Part shown: positions 13,646 to 27,003 of the stretch, piece after piece | Layout of the letters: each line of letters begins with the position of its first letter | How positions within the stretch are numbered: the first letter of the stretch is position 1 | DNA from: Mobula hypostoma | Lineage: Eukaryota | Length of the DNA stretch: 64,000 bases | Direction of reading: 5' to 3' | Assembly: GCF_963921235.1 (NCBI RefSeq) | Contig: NC_086097.1 | Location: 87,856,001 to 87,920,000 of the forward strand | Position numbers and translations under genes: made by a program | The notes under the pieces: model-generated | The model's input: only the letters and a program-made list of their open reading frames with translations | Databases searched by the model: none | What the model was told of the DNA's origin: nothing

Positions 13646-15022
13646 ACTTATTTTTAATTTCTCACCCAGACATCTTTTTTTTCAGTATTTGTCCCTAAAA
13701 AGCCTGCAGAAGGATACTTTGTGCTGTTTACAGCACCGGTAAGAAATTGATTGACTATCTCATTGTGGTTCATGAGGTCTTGTCACAGATAACAACAAGC
13801 CACATTTGAACGAGCTCAGTCAATGGTTGTGAAGCACTTTTTGGGACGTTCTGAGGCATGAAAGGGACATTGTTTGTAGTGTTCCACAGAAAATATAGAA
13901 ATGATCAAAACACATTTGTCAAACTGAGCTGATAATGGAAGTACTGAATGCAAAGAAAGCTTCAATAATGGTAGTTGGAAAGTGAAGGAAATGGATATAA
14001 CTGCCACCATCGACAAAGATAGTGTACTGAGTGGAGTGACAGTGCATGTTACAGTTTGAAAATAGAGACTCCGGCTCTACTGATGTGTTTCAGCAGGTCT
14101 CAGGTAGGTACTGAACAAAAAACGTATGTATTATGTCCTTGAAGTGTCTGTTTACTCACTTCAGTAATTACTAGCTCATAGTCTTCACTTCAAATTACTT
14201 TCACATTAAGGATTACTCTGCAACACTGGAATACATGCCTTAAATAGAAATAAATCACAAATGTTCATATATGCTAGTTAACTGAAACTGACAGATACTG
14301 GTGACAATCACTGAAGCACGCAGTAAAAATCTTGTGGAGAACAGACAAGTTGAAGTTATTAAATTGCAACTGGGAAATTGCATTTTTTTCACCATGGATG
14401 CCAGCTGACTTGCTGCTTAGTTCCAACATCTTCAGCTTTTGTTTTGGCCTTCTTGAAACTGAGCGTGAAATGATACACAAAAAGATGAACTAAAATACTA
14501 AGACAGGAAAACTTAACTTCTCCGTATTTATGTTTGTGGTTGAATGAACCCTAAAACAAATGCATTTGTTGAAGCTGGTCTCAGTAAAAACAACAGTTCA
14601 GATAGGAGTTGTCTACTGAGGAAGTGTTGGGGATTTTTAGTTATTTTGTTCTTTATGCTGTTTCAGAATCAGTACCAGGTTTAATATCACTGGCATATAT
14701 CATGATTTTTTTTTTGGTTTTGCGGCAGGAGTACATAATTTTTTTTAAAAACTGTTGAACCTTTGGATGTGTACCTGAGAGATTTCTGGTAGTCACCAAA
14801 TTGCTCTGGGAGAAGTTGACCCTGTTGAGAAAAGTGCAACAAATTAAGTTTAGCTGGATGGAATTAAACTTGCTTTGAATTAAGTCAGTTGCCAGCATAA
14901 TCTTTGCTTTAGGTTTGTTGTAGTTAGCTCTTTATTATCATTAGAGACATTGGAGTGCATTGGAGCCAGAACTCATTGGAGACATAACTGTATGGTTACA
15001 GCAGCGAATGAATTGTAATATA

Positions 15023-16638
15023 CAGTGACTATAAAAAAAGTATTCACCTCCCTTGGAAGTTTTCATGTTTTACTGTTTTACAACATTGAATTACTGTTTA
15101 GCTTTTTTTGACACTGATCAACAGAAAAAGATTCTTTCTTGTCAAAGTGAAAACAGATCTCTACGAAGTGATCTACATTAATTACAAATATAAACTAGTG
15201 AAATGGAGACACCTCTTTTTCCCTTATTGGGGGGGAGAGAGAGAGAGAGAGCCTGTGGTATGTTGAATTACCGGGTCAATGAGTAGTCTTTGGGGTACTG
15301 CAAGTCTGTGTCTTTATTGATGCTTTGCTGCAAGTTTAAGTGCTCTGGTGGAGGGTGCAGATGCTTTTTTTTTGGTGGTGGGGGAGGGGAGGTCGTTACT
15401 TTGCTGTTGCTTATGCATGGGAAGGGGAGCTGCAGGTGCTTCGGGGTTCTAACTTTTAACTGTCATTCATTCTTTGGGGCACTCCTCTGTCAGGAGATAG
15501 ATATAAGAACATTTCCAAGTCACCGAATATTCCTTGGAGTACAGTTAAGTCAATTGTCAAGAAATAAAAGACTATGGAACAGCTATAAATCTGCCTAGAA
15601 CGGGCCGTCCTCAAAAGCTGAGTGACCGTGCGAGAAGTGGACTAGTGAGATAAGCCACCAAGAGGCCTACGACAACTATGGAGGAGTTACAAGCTTCAGA
15701 GGCTGAGATGGGAGAGACTGCGCATACAATAGCTGTTACCCGGTTGCTTCACCTGTTGCAGCTTTATGGGAAAGTGGCAAAGAGAAAGCCACTGTTGGGG
15801 GAAAAAACTCACATGAAATCACAGCTAGAGTTTGCCCGAAGGCATGTGGGTGACTCTGAAGTCAGCTGGTAGAAAGTTTTATGGTTTGATGAAAGCAAAA
15901 TTAAGTTTTTTAGCTATCAGAATAAATGTTCGGCATATCATCAAAAACACATCATCCCTACTGTGAAGCATGGTGGAGGCTGTATCATTCTGTGGGGATG
16001 CTTCACTGCAGCAGGCCCCGGAAGACTTGTGAAGGTAGAGGGTAAAATGACTGCAGCAAAATACAGGGAAATCCTGAAGGAAAACCTGATGCAGTCTGCA
16101 AAAGAACTGTGACTTGGGAGATTTGTTTTCCAGCAAATCAATGACTTGAAGCAGAAAGCCAAAGCTACACAGGAATGGCTTAAAAAAACAAAGTTACTGT
16201 CCTGGAGTGGCCAAGTCAGAGTCCAGACCTCAATCCAATTGAGAATTTGTAGCTGGATTTGAAAAGGGCTCTGCACTCACAATCCCCATGCAATCTTACA
16301 GAGCTCGAGTGGTTTTGTAAAGAAGAATGGGGAAAATTACAGTGTGCAGATGTCCAAAGCTGATAGAGACCTATCCACACAGCTCAAAGTTGTAATTGCT
16401 GCCAAAGGTGCATCCACTAAACACTGACTTGAAGGGGGTGAATACTTATGCAATCTATTGTTTTATGTTTGTAATTAATTTAGATCACTTTGTCAAGATC
16501 TATTTTCACTTTGACACAAAGAGTCTGTTTCTGTTGATCAGTTTCAAAAAAAACAAATTAAATCCACTGCGATTCAATGTTGTAAAATATTAAAACATGA
16601 AAACTTACGAGGGACATGAATACTTTTTATAGGCACTG
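15023..16638 (+). mobile_element. Tc1-like DNA transposon, degenerate, long TIRs, TA TSD
   Basis: TA|cagtgactataaaaa...gtattca at left and tgaatactttttataggcactg|TA at right. Transposase remnants GRPQKL, KRKPLL, VKHGGG-I-LWG, W(P)SQSPDLNPIENL. Confidence 0.92.
15195..15490. repeat. Unclassified interspersed repeat inside the Tc1, includes (GA)n
   Basis: Absent from the sister Tc1 at 32753-34339, where it corresponds to roughly 260 bp of Tc1 5' sequence that is missing here. Confidence 0.55.
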
Positions 16639-16768
16639 TATAGACTCAGCTTCATGAGCTTAAAAAAAGGCATATTTGTTTTAAAATTTAATTTTGTTTA
16701 AACATTCATATTATTATTAGGTTATTGCCATACAGTCTACTTTTTTATCTTTCTGATTCAGTGCAACT

Positions 16769-17465
16769 TCAGAATCCGAATCAGGTTTATTATCACTGAC
16801 CTATGTCATGAAATTTTTGGTTTTGTGGCAGCAGTACAGTGCAAGACATAAATTACTATGCATTACAAAAATAAATAAATAATGTGAAAGGGGAATAACA
16901 AGGTAGTGTTCATGGTCTTATGGACCGTTCAGATATCTGATGGTAGAGAGTAAGAAGATGTTCCTGAAGTGTTGAGTGTAGGTCTTCAGCCTCCTGTACC
17001 TCCTCCCTAATGGTATTAACGAGAAGAGAGCATGTTGCAGATTGTGAGGGTCTTTCATGATGGATGCTGTTTCCTTGAGGCACTGCTTCTTGAAGATGTC
17101 CTAGATGGTGGAGATGGTTATGCACATGATGGAGCGACTGAGTGTACAATCTGCAGCCTTTTGCGATCCTGCACATTGGAGCTGCCATGCTAGGTGATGC
17201 AGCAACCAGTGAGAATGCTCTCCACTGTACATGCGTAAAAGTTCATAAGAGTCTTTGCTGAAGTGGAGCTGCTGTCATGCCATCTTCATGTTTGCATCAA
17301 TGTCTTGGGCCCAAGATGGATCCTCTGAAATGTTGATACCCAGGAACTTGAAGCTGCTCACTGCTTCACATAAGACCCCTCAATGGGTGTGTGTTCTCCT
17401 GACTTCCCCTTCCTGAAGTCCACAATCTTGGTCTTGCTGATACTTAGTGCAAGGTTGTTTTGAGA
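16769..17465 (-). mobile_element. Rex1/Babar-like LINE 3' fragment
   Basis: tcagaatccgaatcaggtttattatcactg tail, homologous to 25788-26590. Confidence 0.75.
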
Positions 17466-17750
17466 CTGCTCCCTGGATAATATAGTTTGTTGAAATTTTA
17501 AAGAAGGTTCAAAGGTTAATTTTATTTCAAAGTATGCATGTACAATACTACTTTGATATTCTTTGTCTTCAGATAGCCATGAAATATAGACAAACCATGG
17601 CTGTTGTTGAAAATAAATTAATTATGGCATTGATTTCAAAAACTGTCTTTCTAACTGTTCTGTAGTTGAATATATCAATGCAACTTACAGAAGCACTTCA
17701 GATGCCCAGTGCAAATGTCAGTGACATGCAGAAAATAATTTCTACATAAG

Positions 17751-18837
17751 CAACACACATCAAAGTTGCTGGTGAACGCAGCAGGCCAGGCAGCATCTCT
17801 AGGAAGAGGTACAGTCGACGTTTCAGGCTGAGACCCTTCGTCAGGACTAACTGAAGGAAGAGCTAGTAAGAGATTTGAAAGTGGGAGGTGGAGGGGGAGA
17901 TCCAAAATGATAGGAGAGGACAGGAGGGGGAAGGATGGAGCCAAGAGCTGGACAGGTGATAGGCAAAAGGTATATGAGAGGATCATGGGACAGGAGGCCC
18001 AGGGAGAAGTAAAAGGGGGAAGGGGGGAAAAACCCAGAGGATGGGCAAGGGGTAGGGACAGAGGGAGAAAAAGGAGAGTGAGAGAAAGAATGTGTGTATA
18101 TAAATAACGGATGGGGTACGAGGGGGAGGTGGGGCATTAGCAGAAGTAGAGAAGTCAATGTTCATGCCATCAGGCTGGAGGCTACCCAGACAGAATATAA
18201 GGTGTTGTTCCTCCAACCTGAATGTGGCTTCATCTTTACAGTAGAGGAGGCCGTGGATAGACATGTCAGAATGGGAATGGGATGTGGAATTAAAATGTGT
18301 GGTCACTGGGAGATCCTGCTTTCTCTGGCGGACAGAGCGTAGGTGTTCAGCAAAACGATCTCCCAGTCTCCATCGGGTCTCGCCAATATATAGAAGGCCA
18401 CATCGGGAGCACCGGACGCAGTATATCACCCCAGCCGATTCACAGGTGAGGTGTCACCTCACCTGGAAAGACTGTCTGGGGCCCTGAATGGTGGTAAGGG
18501 AGGAAGTGTAAGGGCATGTGTAGCACTTGTTCCGCTTACAAGGATAAGTGCCAGGAGGGAGATCAGTAGGGAGGGGTGGGGACGGTGAATGGACAAGGGA
18601 GTCGTGTAGGGAGCGATCCCTGCGGAAAGTGGCCGGGGGGGGAGGGAAAGATGTGCTTAGTGGTGGGTTCCCGTTGGAGATGGCGGAAGTTACAGAGAAT
18701 AGTATGTTGGACCCAGAGGCTGGTGGGGTGGTAGGTGAGGACCAGGGGAACCCTATTCCTAGTGGGGTGGCAGGAAGATGGAGTGAGAGCAGATGTGCGT
18801 GAAATCTTTCCAGCCTCTGCAGATTTCCTCGTGTTTG
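17751..18837 (-). mobile_element. Penelope-like element (Neptune-like), 5'-truncated: Cys linker, GIY-YIG endonuclease, pLTR
   Basis: IYCVRCSRCGLLYIGETRWRLGDRFAEH (GIY-YIG) and YPCKRNKCYTCPY linker. 14-bp direct repeat aatttctacataag at 17737-50 and 18838-51. Confidence 0.92.
17813..17848 (-). ncRNA. Minimal type I hammerhead ribozyme motif in PLE pLTR
   Basis: Reverse complement reads agtc-CTGACGA-agggtctcagcct-GAAA-CGTC-gact: core boxes intact, stems I and II pair. Confidence 0.75.
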
Positions 18838-18850
18838 AATTTCTACATAA

Positions 18851-20475
18851 GGTGGCATCAAGATTCATCGTCACCGAGGAGGACGTTAGAAAGGCCTTCC
18901 TGAAGATAAATCCAAGGAAGGCGACGGGCCCAGATGGCGTCCCGGGACGGGTTCTCCGGGCCTGTGCAAGCAAGCTAGCTGGAGTGTTTGCTGACATCTT
19001 CAACTGATTCTTGCTTCAGTCTAAGATCCCCTCGTGTTTTAAGAAGGCAACGATAATCCCAGTGCCGAAGAAGAGCAAGGTGGCATGCCTGAATGACTAT
19101 CAACCTGTGGCTCTGAGATCAATTGCTGTGAAGTGCTTCGAGAGATTGGTTATGGCACACATCAACCACAGCTGACCGGTCAACCTCGACACTTTGCAAT
19201 TCGCCTACTGGAGCAGCAGGTCAACAGCAGATGCCGTTTCTCTGGCCTTACATTCCTCCTTAGAACATCTGGAGAATAAAGACGCATATGTAAGGGTCCT
19301 TTTCATTGACTACAGCTCTGCCTTTAATACCATCATTACAAATAAACTGATTCCTAAGCTCCGGAACCTGGGTCTTAGCACTCAGATCTGCAGCTGGATC
19401 TTCAACTTCCTCACAGACAGGACCCAGGCTGTAAAAATAGGGGACAAGCTCTCCTCTACAATCACTCTGAGCACCGGTGCCCCACAAGGCTGTGTACTCA
19501 CTATATACCCATGATTGTGTAGCCAAGTTTCCATCAAACTCAATATATAAGTTTGCTGATGACACAACAATTATAGGCCATATCTCGGGTAATGATGAGT
19601 TTGAGTACAGAGAGAAAATTGAGATCCTGTTGGCATGGTGCGAAGACAATAACCTATCCCTCAACGTCAGCAAGACGAAGGAATTGGTTGTTGAATTCAG
19701 AAGGAGTAGTGGACCGTACGACCCAATTTACATCGGTGGTGCACAAGTGGAACAGGTCAAAAGCTTTAAGTTTCTTGGGGTCAGTATCACAAATGACCTG
19801 ACTTGGTCCAACCAAGCAGGGTTCACTGCCAAGAAGGCCCACCAGCGCCTTTACTTCCTGAGAAAGCTAAAGAAATTTGGCCTGTCCCCAAAAACTCTCA
19901 CTAATTTTTATAGATGCACCGTAGAAAGCATTCTTCTAGGGTGCATCGCAACCTGGTATGGAAGTTGTCCTGTCCAAGACCGGAAGAAGCTGCAGAAGAT
20001 CATGAACACGGCGGAGCACATCACACAAATTAATCTTCTGCCCTTGGACTCACTTTACACCGCACGCTGTCGGAGCAGTGCCAGGATAATCAAGGACATG
20101 ACCCACCCAGCCAACACACCTTTCATCCCTCTTCCCTCCGGGAGAAGGCTCAGGAGCTTGAAGACTCGTACGGCCAGATTTGGGAACAGCTTCTTTCCAA
20201 CTGTGATAAGACTGCTGAATGGATCCTGACCCGGATCTGGGCCGTACCCTCCAAATATCCGGACCTGCCTCTCGGTTTTTTTGCACTACCTTACTTTCCA
20301 TTTTTCTATTTTCTATTTATGATTTATAATTTAAATTTTTAATATTTACTTATTTTTACTATTTTTGATATTTAATATTTGTAATCCAGGGAGCGGAAAG
20401 CGCAGAATCAAATATCGTTGTGATGATTGTACATTTAGTATCAATTGTTTGGCAACAATAAAGTATAAAGTATAA
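18851..20475 (+). mobile_element. Rex1/Babar LINE, 5'-truncated, young
   Basis: RT motifs [45 protein letters not shown]. Tail aataaagtataaagtataa. Confidence 0.93.
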
Positions 20476-21364
20476 TCTTTAGCACTTCTACCAGATATCA
20501 ATTTTTTTTTTAAAAGCTTATCCATGAATTCCTTTGCTTTTAGACAAAATAAAATAATAGTGGAAGGTGGAAGATCTTACACCAAATGGATCTTTTTGTT
20601 TCTATTTAAAGAGCCTATCTTGGCAATGCAGAAAACTTAAATCTCCATGTTTGGAATGTGGTGCCTAAGGCACCATGCCATAACACAACTAAATACTCAT
20701 TATACCAGTAGTGACTTGATAGATAAGTGGGGAAGTGAATGGCTAAACCAAGTCAATATCATTCTTGCCAGACATGAAATCACCATTTAGTAAGAAGCAG
20801 GAAATGTGGCTTATTTTAATCTATTTGAATGGTATTGATAGTATTATCATCTGACGCTCATTCCTTGGCTAGAATAAGTTAATTCTGTTCTGACAGAAAT
20901 TTAAAGCCACAGTCTTCGGGGTCAGTCAAATTTAGTTTCGTAAAGTTATAAACAGGATAAAGTATTTCAAACAAAAGTCATCAAATTGATTGGCTTGTCT
21001 TAATAACCGTTCAAATGTATTCCAAGGAGCACGGAAGCAATCATTTTTATGAATCCTAACATCATAGTAAATGGAGAAAGTGTTTGCGTAATCGAAGAGA
21101 TTGGAGTGTAAAGAATCTTAAGTTTTGACATGTTATAATTAAATTGAATGAAGTGTGCTGAATGAATAGTAAATTAATCTGGCTGGGAAAAGATACTTTT
21201 ACGTATATCTTGAAAAGTAGTATAAATGGTGATTTATATTATAATTGGATTTCCAGGGAAGTAAGCACATTGAATATAAACATGCTTTTTTTTTTCTTTA
21301 GAGTAATGTATTATTCCTGAAGATGACTTTGCTGAAATTTAGCTGTGTTAATATATTTTGATTT

Positions 21365-23590
21365 AGACCATAAGACATAGGAGCAGAATGAAGCCATTCA
21401 GTCCATTGAGTCTGCTCCACGATTCCATCATGGCTGATTTATTATCGCTTTTTTTCTGGCGTGTGCGTCTGTCTGTGTGCGATGTTGGTGGGACGATGTC
21501 TTTTTTTTCATGCCTTTACAAGGCACAGAGCCAGAGACTGTGTGGCGTGCCATTCCTCATACAGGCATTTCGCGGTATTTTTCCTTTTATTTTACGAGGT
21601 TGAGTTGCGATCTTGACACTCAACCCGGCACGGGTGGAAAGCGTAATCGGGAGCGTCCCTGACTGGATTCGTACCCGGGAACTTTCGTTCCAGAGTCCGG
21701 CGCTGATGTCATTGCCGGCCCGATTTATTATCGCTCTCAACCCCATTTTCCTGCCTTCTACCCATAACTTTAGACACCCTTACTAATATAGAATCTATCA
21801 GCCCCCGCCTTAAATATGCCCAGTGGCTTGGCTTGCACTACCGTCTGTGGCAATGAATTCCCTAGATTCACCACCCTCTGGCTAAAGAAATCATTACTCA
21901 TCTCTGTTCTAAATGGATGCCCCTCAACCCTGAGGCTGTGCCCTCTGGTCCAAGACATCCTCGCCACATCCACTTTATTTAGGCCTTTCAATATTTGATA
22001 GGTTTAAATGAGATCTCCCCCCCCCCACCCCCGCCCCACGGGCCAATCTTCTAAATTCTAGCAAGTATGAGCCCAGACCTATCAAATGTTCCTCATGTTA
22101 ACCCTCTCATTCCTGGGATCATTCTCGTGCACCTTTACTGGACCCTCTCCAATGCCAGTACATCTTAGATAAGAGTATTGCTCACAATACTCCAAGTGCA
22201 GTCTGACCAGTCTGACCAGTGCCTTATAAAACCTCAGCATTACATCCGTGCTTTCATATTCTAGTCCTCTGGAAATGAATGCTAACCTTACATTTGCTTC
22301 CTTACCATCAACTTAAACTGCAAGGTTTAACCTTTAGGGAATCCTGCATGAAGACTCCAAGGTCATTTTGCACCTGATTTTTGAATCTTCTCCACATTTA
22401 GAAAACGGTCTACTCCTTTATTCCTTCTGCCTGAGTGCATGAACGTGCACTTCCCTACACAATATTCCATCTGCCACTTCGTTGCTCATTTCCCCCCCGT
22501 CTGAGACCTCTGGCAGGCACCCTGCTTCCTCAACACTACCTGCCCCTCCAACTATCTTTGTATTGTCCACAAACTTGGTCAGAAAGCCATTAATTCCTTC
22601 ATCCAAATCATTGACGTATAACGTGAAAAGAAGCAATCCCAACACCAACTTCTGTTGCACAGCACTAGTCACCAGCAGCCAACCAGAAAAGCTCACCCTT
22701 TATTCCCACTCATTGCCTCCTGCCAGTCAGACAATCTTCTGTCTAGGCCAGTATCTTTCCTGTAATACTATGTGCCTTTCATCCTGTTAAGCAGCCCCGT
22801 GTGGCACCTTGTCAAAGGCCTTCTGAAAATCCAAATAACATACACTGACTCTCCTTTGCCTATCCTGCCTGCAAGTTCTTTGATGAATCACAACAAATTT
22901 GTCAGGCAAGATTTCCCTTTTTTGAAACCATGTTGAATTCAGTCTATGTTATCAAGTACTCTGAAACGTCATCCTTAGTAATCGACGCCAACATCTTTCC
23001 AGCCACTGTAGTCAGACTAACTGTTCTATAATTTCCATTCTTCTGCCTCTCTCCTTTCTTAAAGAGTGGAATAACATTTGATGTATTCCAGCCCTCCGGA
23101 ACCATTGCAGAATCTAAGTGATACTTGAAAGATCATTACGAATGCCTCTACAATCCCTTCAGCTACCTCTTTCAGAATCATGGGGTATAGTCTATTGGTC
23201 CTAGCGACTTATCTACTTTCAGACTCTTTAAGCTTCTGAAGCACTTTCTCCTTAGCTATGATATTCACTTCCAGCCCCGACCTCGCATTTCTGGCATTCT
23301 GCTCATGCCCTCCGTAGGAAGACTGACGCAAAATACTTATTCAGTTTGACCTCCATTTTTTTGTGCCCTTTTACTACCTCTCCTGTGTCATTTTCCAGTG
23401 GTCCAATATCAGCTCTTGTCTCTCTTTTACTCTTTATATATCTGGAAAAAATAATTTGTGTCCTCTTTTATATTATTGGCTAGCTTACCAATATTTTATC
23501 TTTTCTTACTTTATGGCTGTTTTAGTTGCTTCCTGTTGGTTTTTAAAACCTTCCCACTAATTTTTGCTATATTATATGCCCTCTTTTTAG
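21365..23590 (-). mobile_element. CR1 LINE, degenerate, interrupted by a SINE
   Basis: Minus-strand LFTLYVNDLDEG..KFVDNTKI and TRGHSLRVEG..FFSQRVVNL. Tail accataagacataggagcagaa. Confidence 0.88.
21450..21721 (-). mobile_element. Young tRNA-derived SINE with 14-bp TSD
   Basis: TSD gatttattatcgct at 21436-49 and 21722-35. tRNA-like head (cagcgccggactctgga...gggtacgaatcc), short A tail, CpG-rich. Confidence 0.8.
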
Positions 23591-24479
23591 CTTATATGCT
23601 TTTTTTTTGTTTTTTGCACAACATTATCTGACATTCAGTAAAATAACCTTGAGGGTTATTTACTACAAATAATTGACTATTTTAATTTTAACCAATAATA
23701 TTTTCACATTTATCTTTTCATTCAAAAATAAATTTCCAATCATACAAGCCCTTGGCAGAGATTGGAATTAATGTGAATGAAGAAGTCTATCAAAGATTCT
23801 TTTTTGTTGGTTACTAAGGATTATGTAATATATTTAACAAAAACGGAATGTTTATATGAACAAGTTCAGTAAACACTTTTATGGTGAGTGGTTACCGTTT
23901 TTGAGCTCTCTAACAGCAAAATACTCTTGACCTGTGTATTGTTTTGGTCTGAAGCCCAGAGAAATGCTTCAATTTTGCAGAATTTAATAGGAGCCCTCTG
24001 CTGTTTTAAGGCAATTGGGATGGTTTTAACTCTTTGGTAACAACTTAGAAAATGGAAAAGGAGTTTATGATGTAGTGGGGGGGGGGCACTAATTATTTTT
24101 TGATCCTTTCCATAACTCAACTTTGAAATGGATTAATTAAACTTCATTCTTTTCTCTTAAAATCTGTTTTTTGATGAAACTTGAACAGATCACCAGGTGA
24201 GGTTAGACTGAACATATTTTTTGGGGGTTTGTGTATTGCAGTGTGGAGGTAGAGATTGCTTGTGTTTGTTGTTTCTCAGATCAGGCTTGCTGACAGCAGT
24301 GACTTCCACTTGCCTCAAAAAGCTCTGTGGACTGAGTGATATATTTGTTTAAGAAGGCTGGACAGCCTGAAGGCTTGTGATGACATCTAAAGCAAACATT
24401 GTGAAGTATTTTACTATTTGTCTACTTTTTGGTGTATGTACATTTTGACTTTGCAGTATGTTTATCATTTTTCAATGAA

Positions 24480-24900
24480 ACCCATATGAAGTGTGGGATA
24501 CAAGAGCAGGAAGGTTAGAGCACATCTATGTAAACCATTAGTTTGGCCACAGCTGGAGTACTGTGTGCAGTTCTAATTGCTACAAAATAGCATGAGATTC
24601 CACTAGAGAATTTACTAAGGATAATTGCCAGGTAGTCACTTGGAGTGCAACTTTTCAGTTATGGCAAGGTTCAGGATAGTCTGAGTTTGTTTACTTTGGA
24701 GTGGAGGAAGCTGGTTATGATAAACAAAACTTTAGGGTATGCTCAGGATACACAGCGAGAAACGTACCCGCCCACCCCCATAACCAGATAGCAGTGATTT
24801 AAAGCAAGGCTTAGAAGATTTGAGTAATAATTCTTTTTACTCAGAATGCAGTTGGTATCATTTAGTAGGATTGCAAGTCTATCTCGTGAGGGGATGTTGT
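24480..24900 (+). mobile_element. Old CR1 LINE fragment
   Basis: ggccacagctggagtactgtgtgcagttct encodes the (R)PQLEYCVQF motif. Confidence 0.65.
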
Positions 24901-25169
24901 GTATGGAAACATAACTGCAACCTGGTCCACTCATATTTACTCAGGCAGTGCATTACCTCTTTTCATTTCATCAGATGAATACTAAGTGTTTCTTTCCTGC
25001 TCGATATTAAAGGATTGATTATATCTCAAATAGCTGACATCAAGCTGGTGTGCAATAAACTGAAACATAAACCACGTTATGCTTTATTTAATAAAGGAAA
25101 TTAGTATTACCAAAACTGCAATAAACTGAAATCAGATCAAGCAACAATAATAATTGGATGCATTTTGAC

Positions 25170-25787
25170 TTTCTACTCAGATTCACTTGGGCCGTTTCTA
25201 ACACCTCTCTTCCTTTCTCGATCTCTGGAGTCAGGTTGCCGACTGATATCTTTTCTAAACCTACTGGCTCTCTCGGCTATTTTCACTATACTTCTTTCCA
25301 CCCTCTGACTTGTAAAAATGCTGTTCCCTTTTCCTAGTTCCTCCGTCTCTACTGCACCTGTTCCCAGAATGAGCCTTTCCTTTCTAGAATATTGGAGATG
25401 TTGTCCTCCTTTCAATAAGTGGAGTTTCCTCCACCATTGATGTTGCCTTTAGCTGCATCTCGTCATTTCTCGGACAGCCAGCTTCACTCCATTTTCCCAC
25501 TGCCCTAAGAAGGATGGTCCTTCCCATGCCTGCCACATCATGAACTTCTGCATCCAGCACATTATTCTCCACAACTTCCACCACTTTCAACGGATCCTAC
25601 CACCAAACACACCTTTAACACCACCCCCATCCCCACTCACTGCTTTCCACAGTGATTGCTGTCTCTCACTCTCTCTGATTCCCTTGTCTATTCGTCCATC
25701 CCCACTATCTCCCTCCTGGCACATATCCTGCAAGTGGAAGAAATGCTTTCCATCTCCTTCACCTCCATTGAGAGCCCAAAACAGCAG
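25170..25787 (+). mobile_element. Old Penelope-like RT/linker fragment
   Basis: Degenerate homology to 44750-45370 (cctttctcgatct, ccagcacattattctccacaacttccaccac, gcacatatcctgcaagtggaagaaatgc). Confidence 0.7.
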
Positions 25788-26590
25788 TCAGAATCAGAAT
25801 CGGGTTTATTAGCTCCAGCATGTGTCATGAAATCTGTTAACTTAGCAGCAGCAGTTCAATGCAATACATAATGTAGAAGGAGGAGGAAAAATATAATAAT
25901 AAAATAATAATAAATAAATCAATTACAGTGCATGTATATTGAATAGATTAAAAAATGTGCAAAAGCAGAATATATATTTAAAAAGTGAGGTAGTGTTCAC
26001 GGGTTCAATGTCCATTTAAGAATTGGATGGCAGAGGGGAAGAAGCTGTTCCTGAATCGCTGAGTGTGTGCCTTCAGGCTTCTGTATCTCCTACCTGATGG
26101 TGACAGTGAGAAAAGGGCATGCCCTGGGTGCTGGCGGTCCTTAATAATGGATGCTGCCTTTCTGAGACACCACTCCTTGAAGATGCCCTGGGTACTTTGT
26201 AGGCTAGCACCCAAGGTGGAGCCAACTAAACTTACAACCCTCTGTAGCTTCTTTCGGTCCTGTGCAGTAGCTCCCCCTCCCATACCAGACAGTGATGCAG
26301 CCTGTCAGAATGCTCTCCATGGCACATCTATAGAAGTTTTTGAGTGTATTTGTTGACGTACCAAATCTCTTCAAACTCCTAATGAAGTAGAGTCGCTGTC
26401 TTGCCTTCTTTACAACTGCATCAATATGTTGGGCCCTCAGAGATCTCGACACTCAGGAATTTGAAACTGCTCACTCTCTTCACTTCTGATCCCTCTATGA
26501 GGATTGGTATGTGTTCCTTCATCTTACCCTTCCTGAAGTCCACAGTCAGCTCTTTTGTCTTACTGACGTTGCTGTGACACCACTCCACTG
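25788..26590 (-). mobile_element. Rex1/Babar-like LINE 3' fragment
   Basis: KKARQRLYFIRSLKRFG and DRKKLQRVV...PSGRRYRSLKAHTQRFRNSFFPSAI, with (ctgatt)n tail. Confidence 0.88.
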
Positions 26591-26847
26591 GTCAGAGTCT
26601 GTATGATGCAACTTTAACTGTACAGCGTACGTATATGGAGAAGAGTAGGTAAACAACAACCACCAGCGTCTTCAGGAGTAGGTTGTGAGAAAAGGGAACT
26701 TTAAGACACAAAGGTGATACAATATTTGTTTTCATTTTTATTCTTAAAATAGATAACAATTTTATTCTGGAAAATGTATTGGGAAGAGAAGAAGGAGTTA
26801 TTTGAACTCAAATATAACAGTTGTTTGCCTCCTATTGACCGCTGCAG

Positions 26848-27003
26848 GTTGATATCTTCAATGGACAGTCCTTATGTCTCAGCAGCATCGGTCTCTATGG
26901 GACGAAACCAGCATAGCCGCAATTCTCCCAGCAATCTATCTTCTTCCAGTGATGCAGGATCCGGCGGTGGCAGCCATCGAAGGCAAAAGTCCATCCCTGA
27001 TGG
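26848..27003 (+). CDS. SIPA1L1: SIPA1L1 internal coding exon, 156 nt, phase 2/2
   Basis: ctgcag|G acceptor, GG|gtacgt donor. Encodes LISSMDSPYVSAASVSMGRNQHSRNSPSNLSSSSDAGSGGGSHRRQKSIPDG (cf. SIPA1L1 RNSPSNLSSSSDTGS...RQKSMPEG). Frame continues from the previous exon. Confidence 0.93.
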
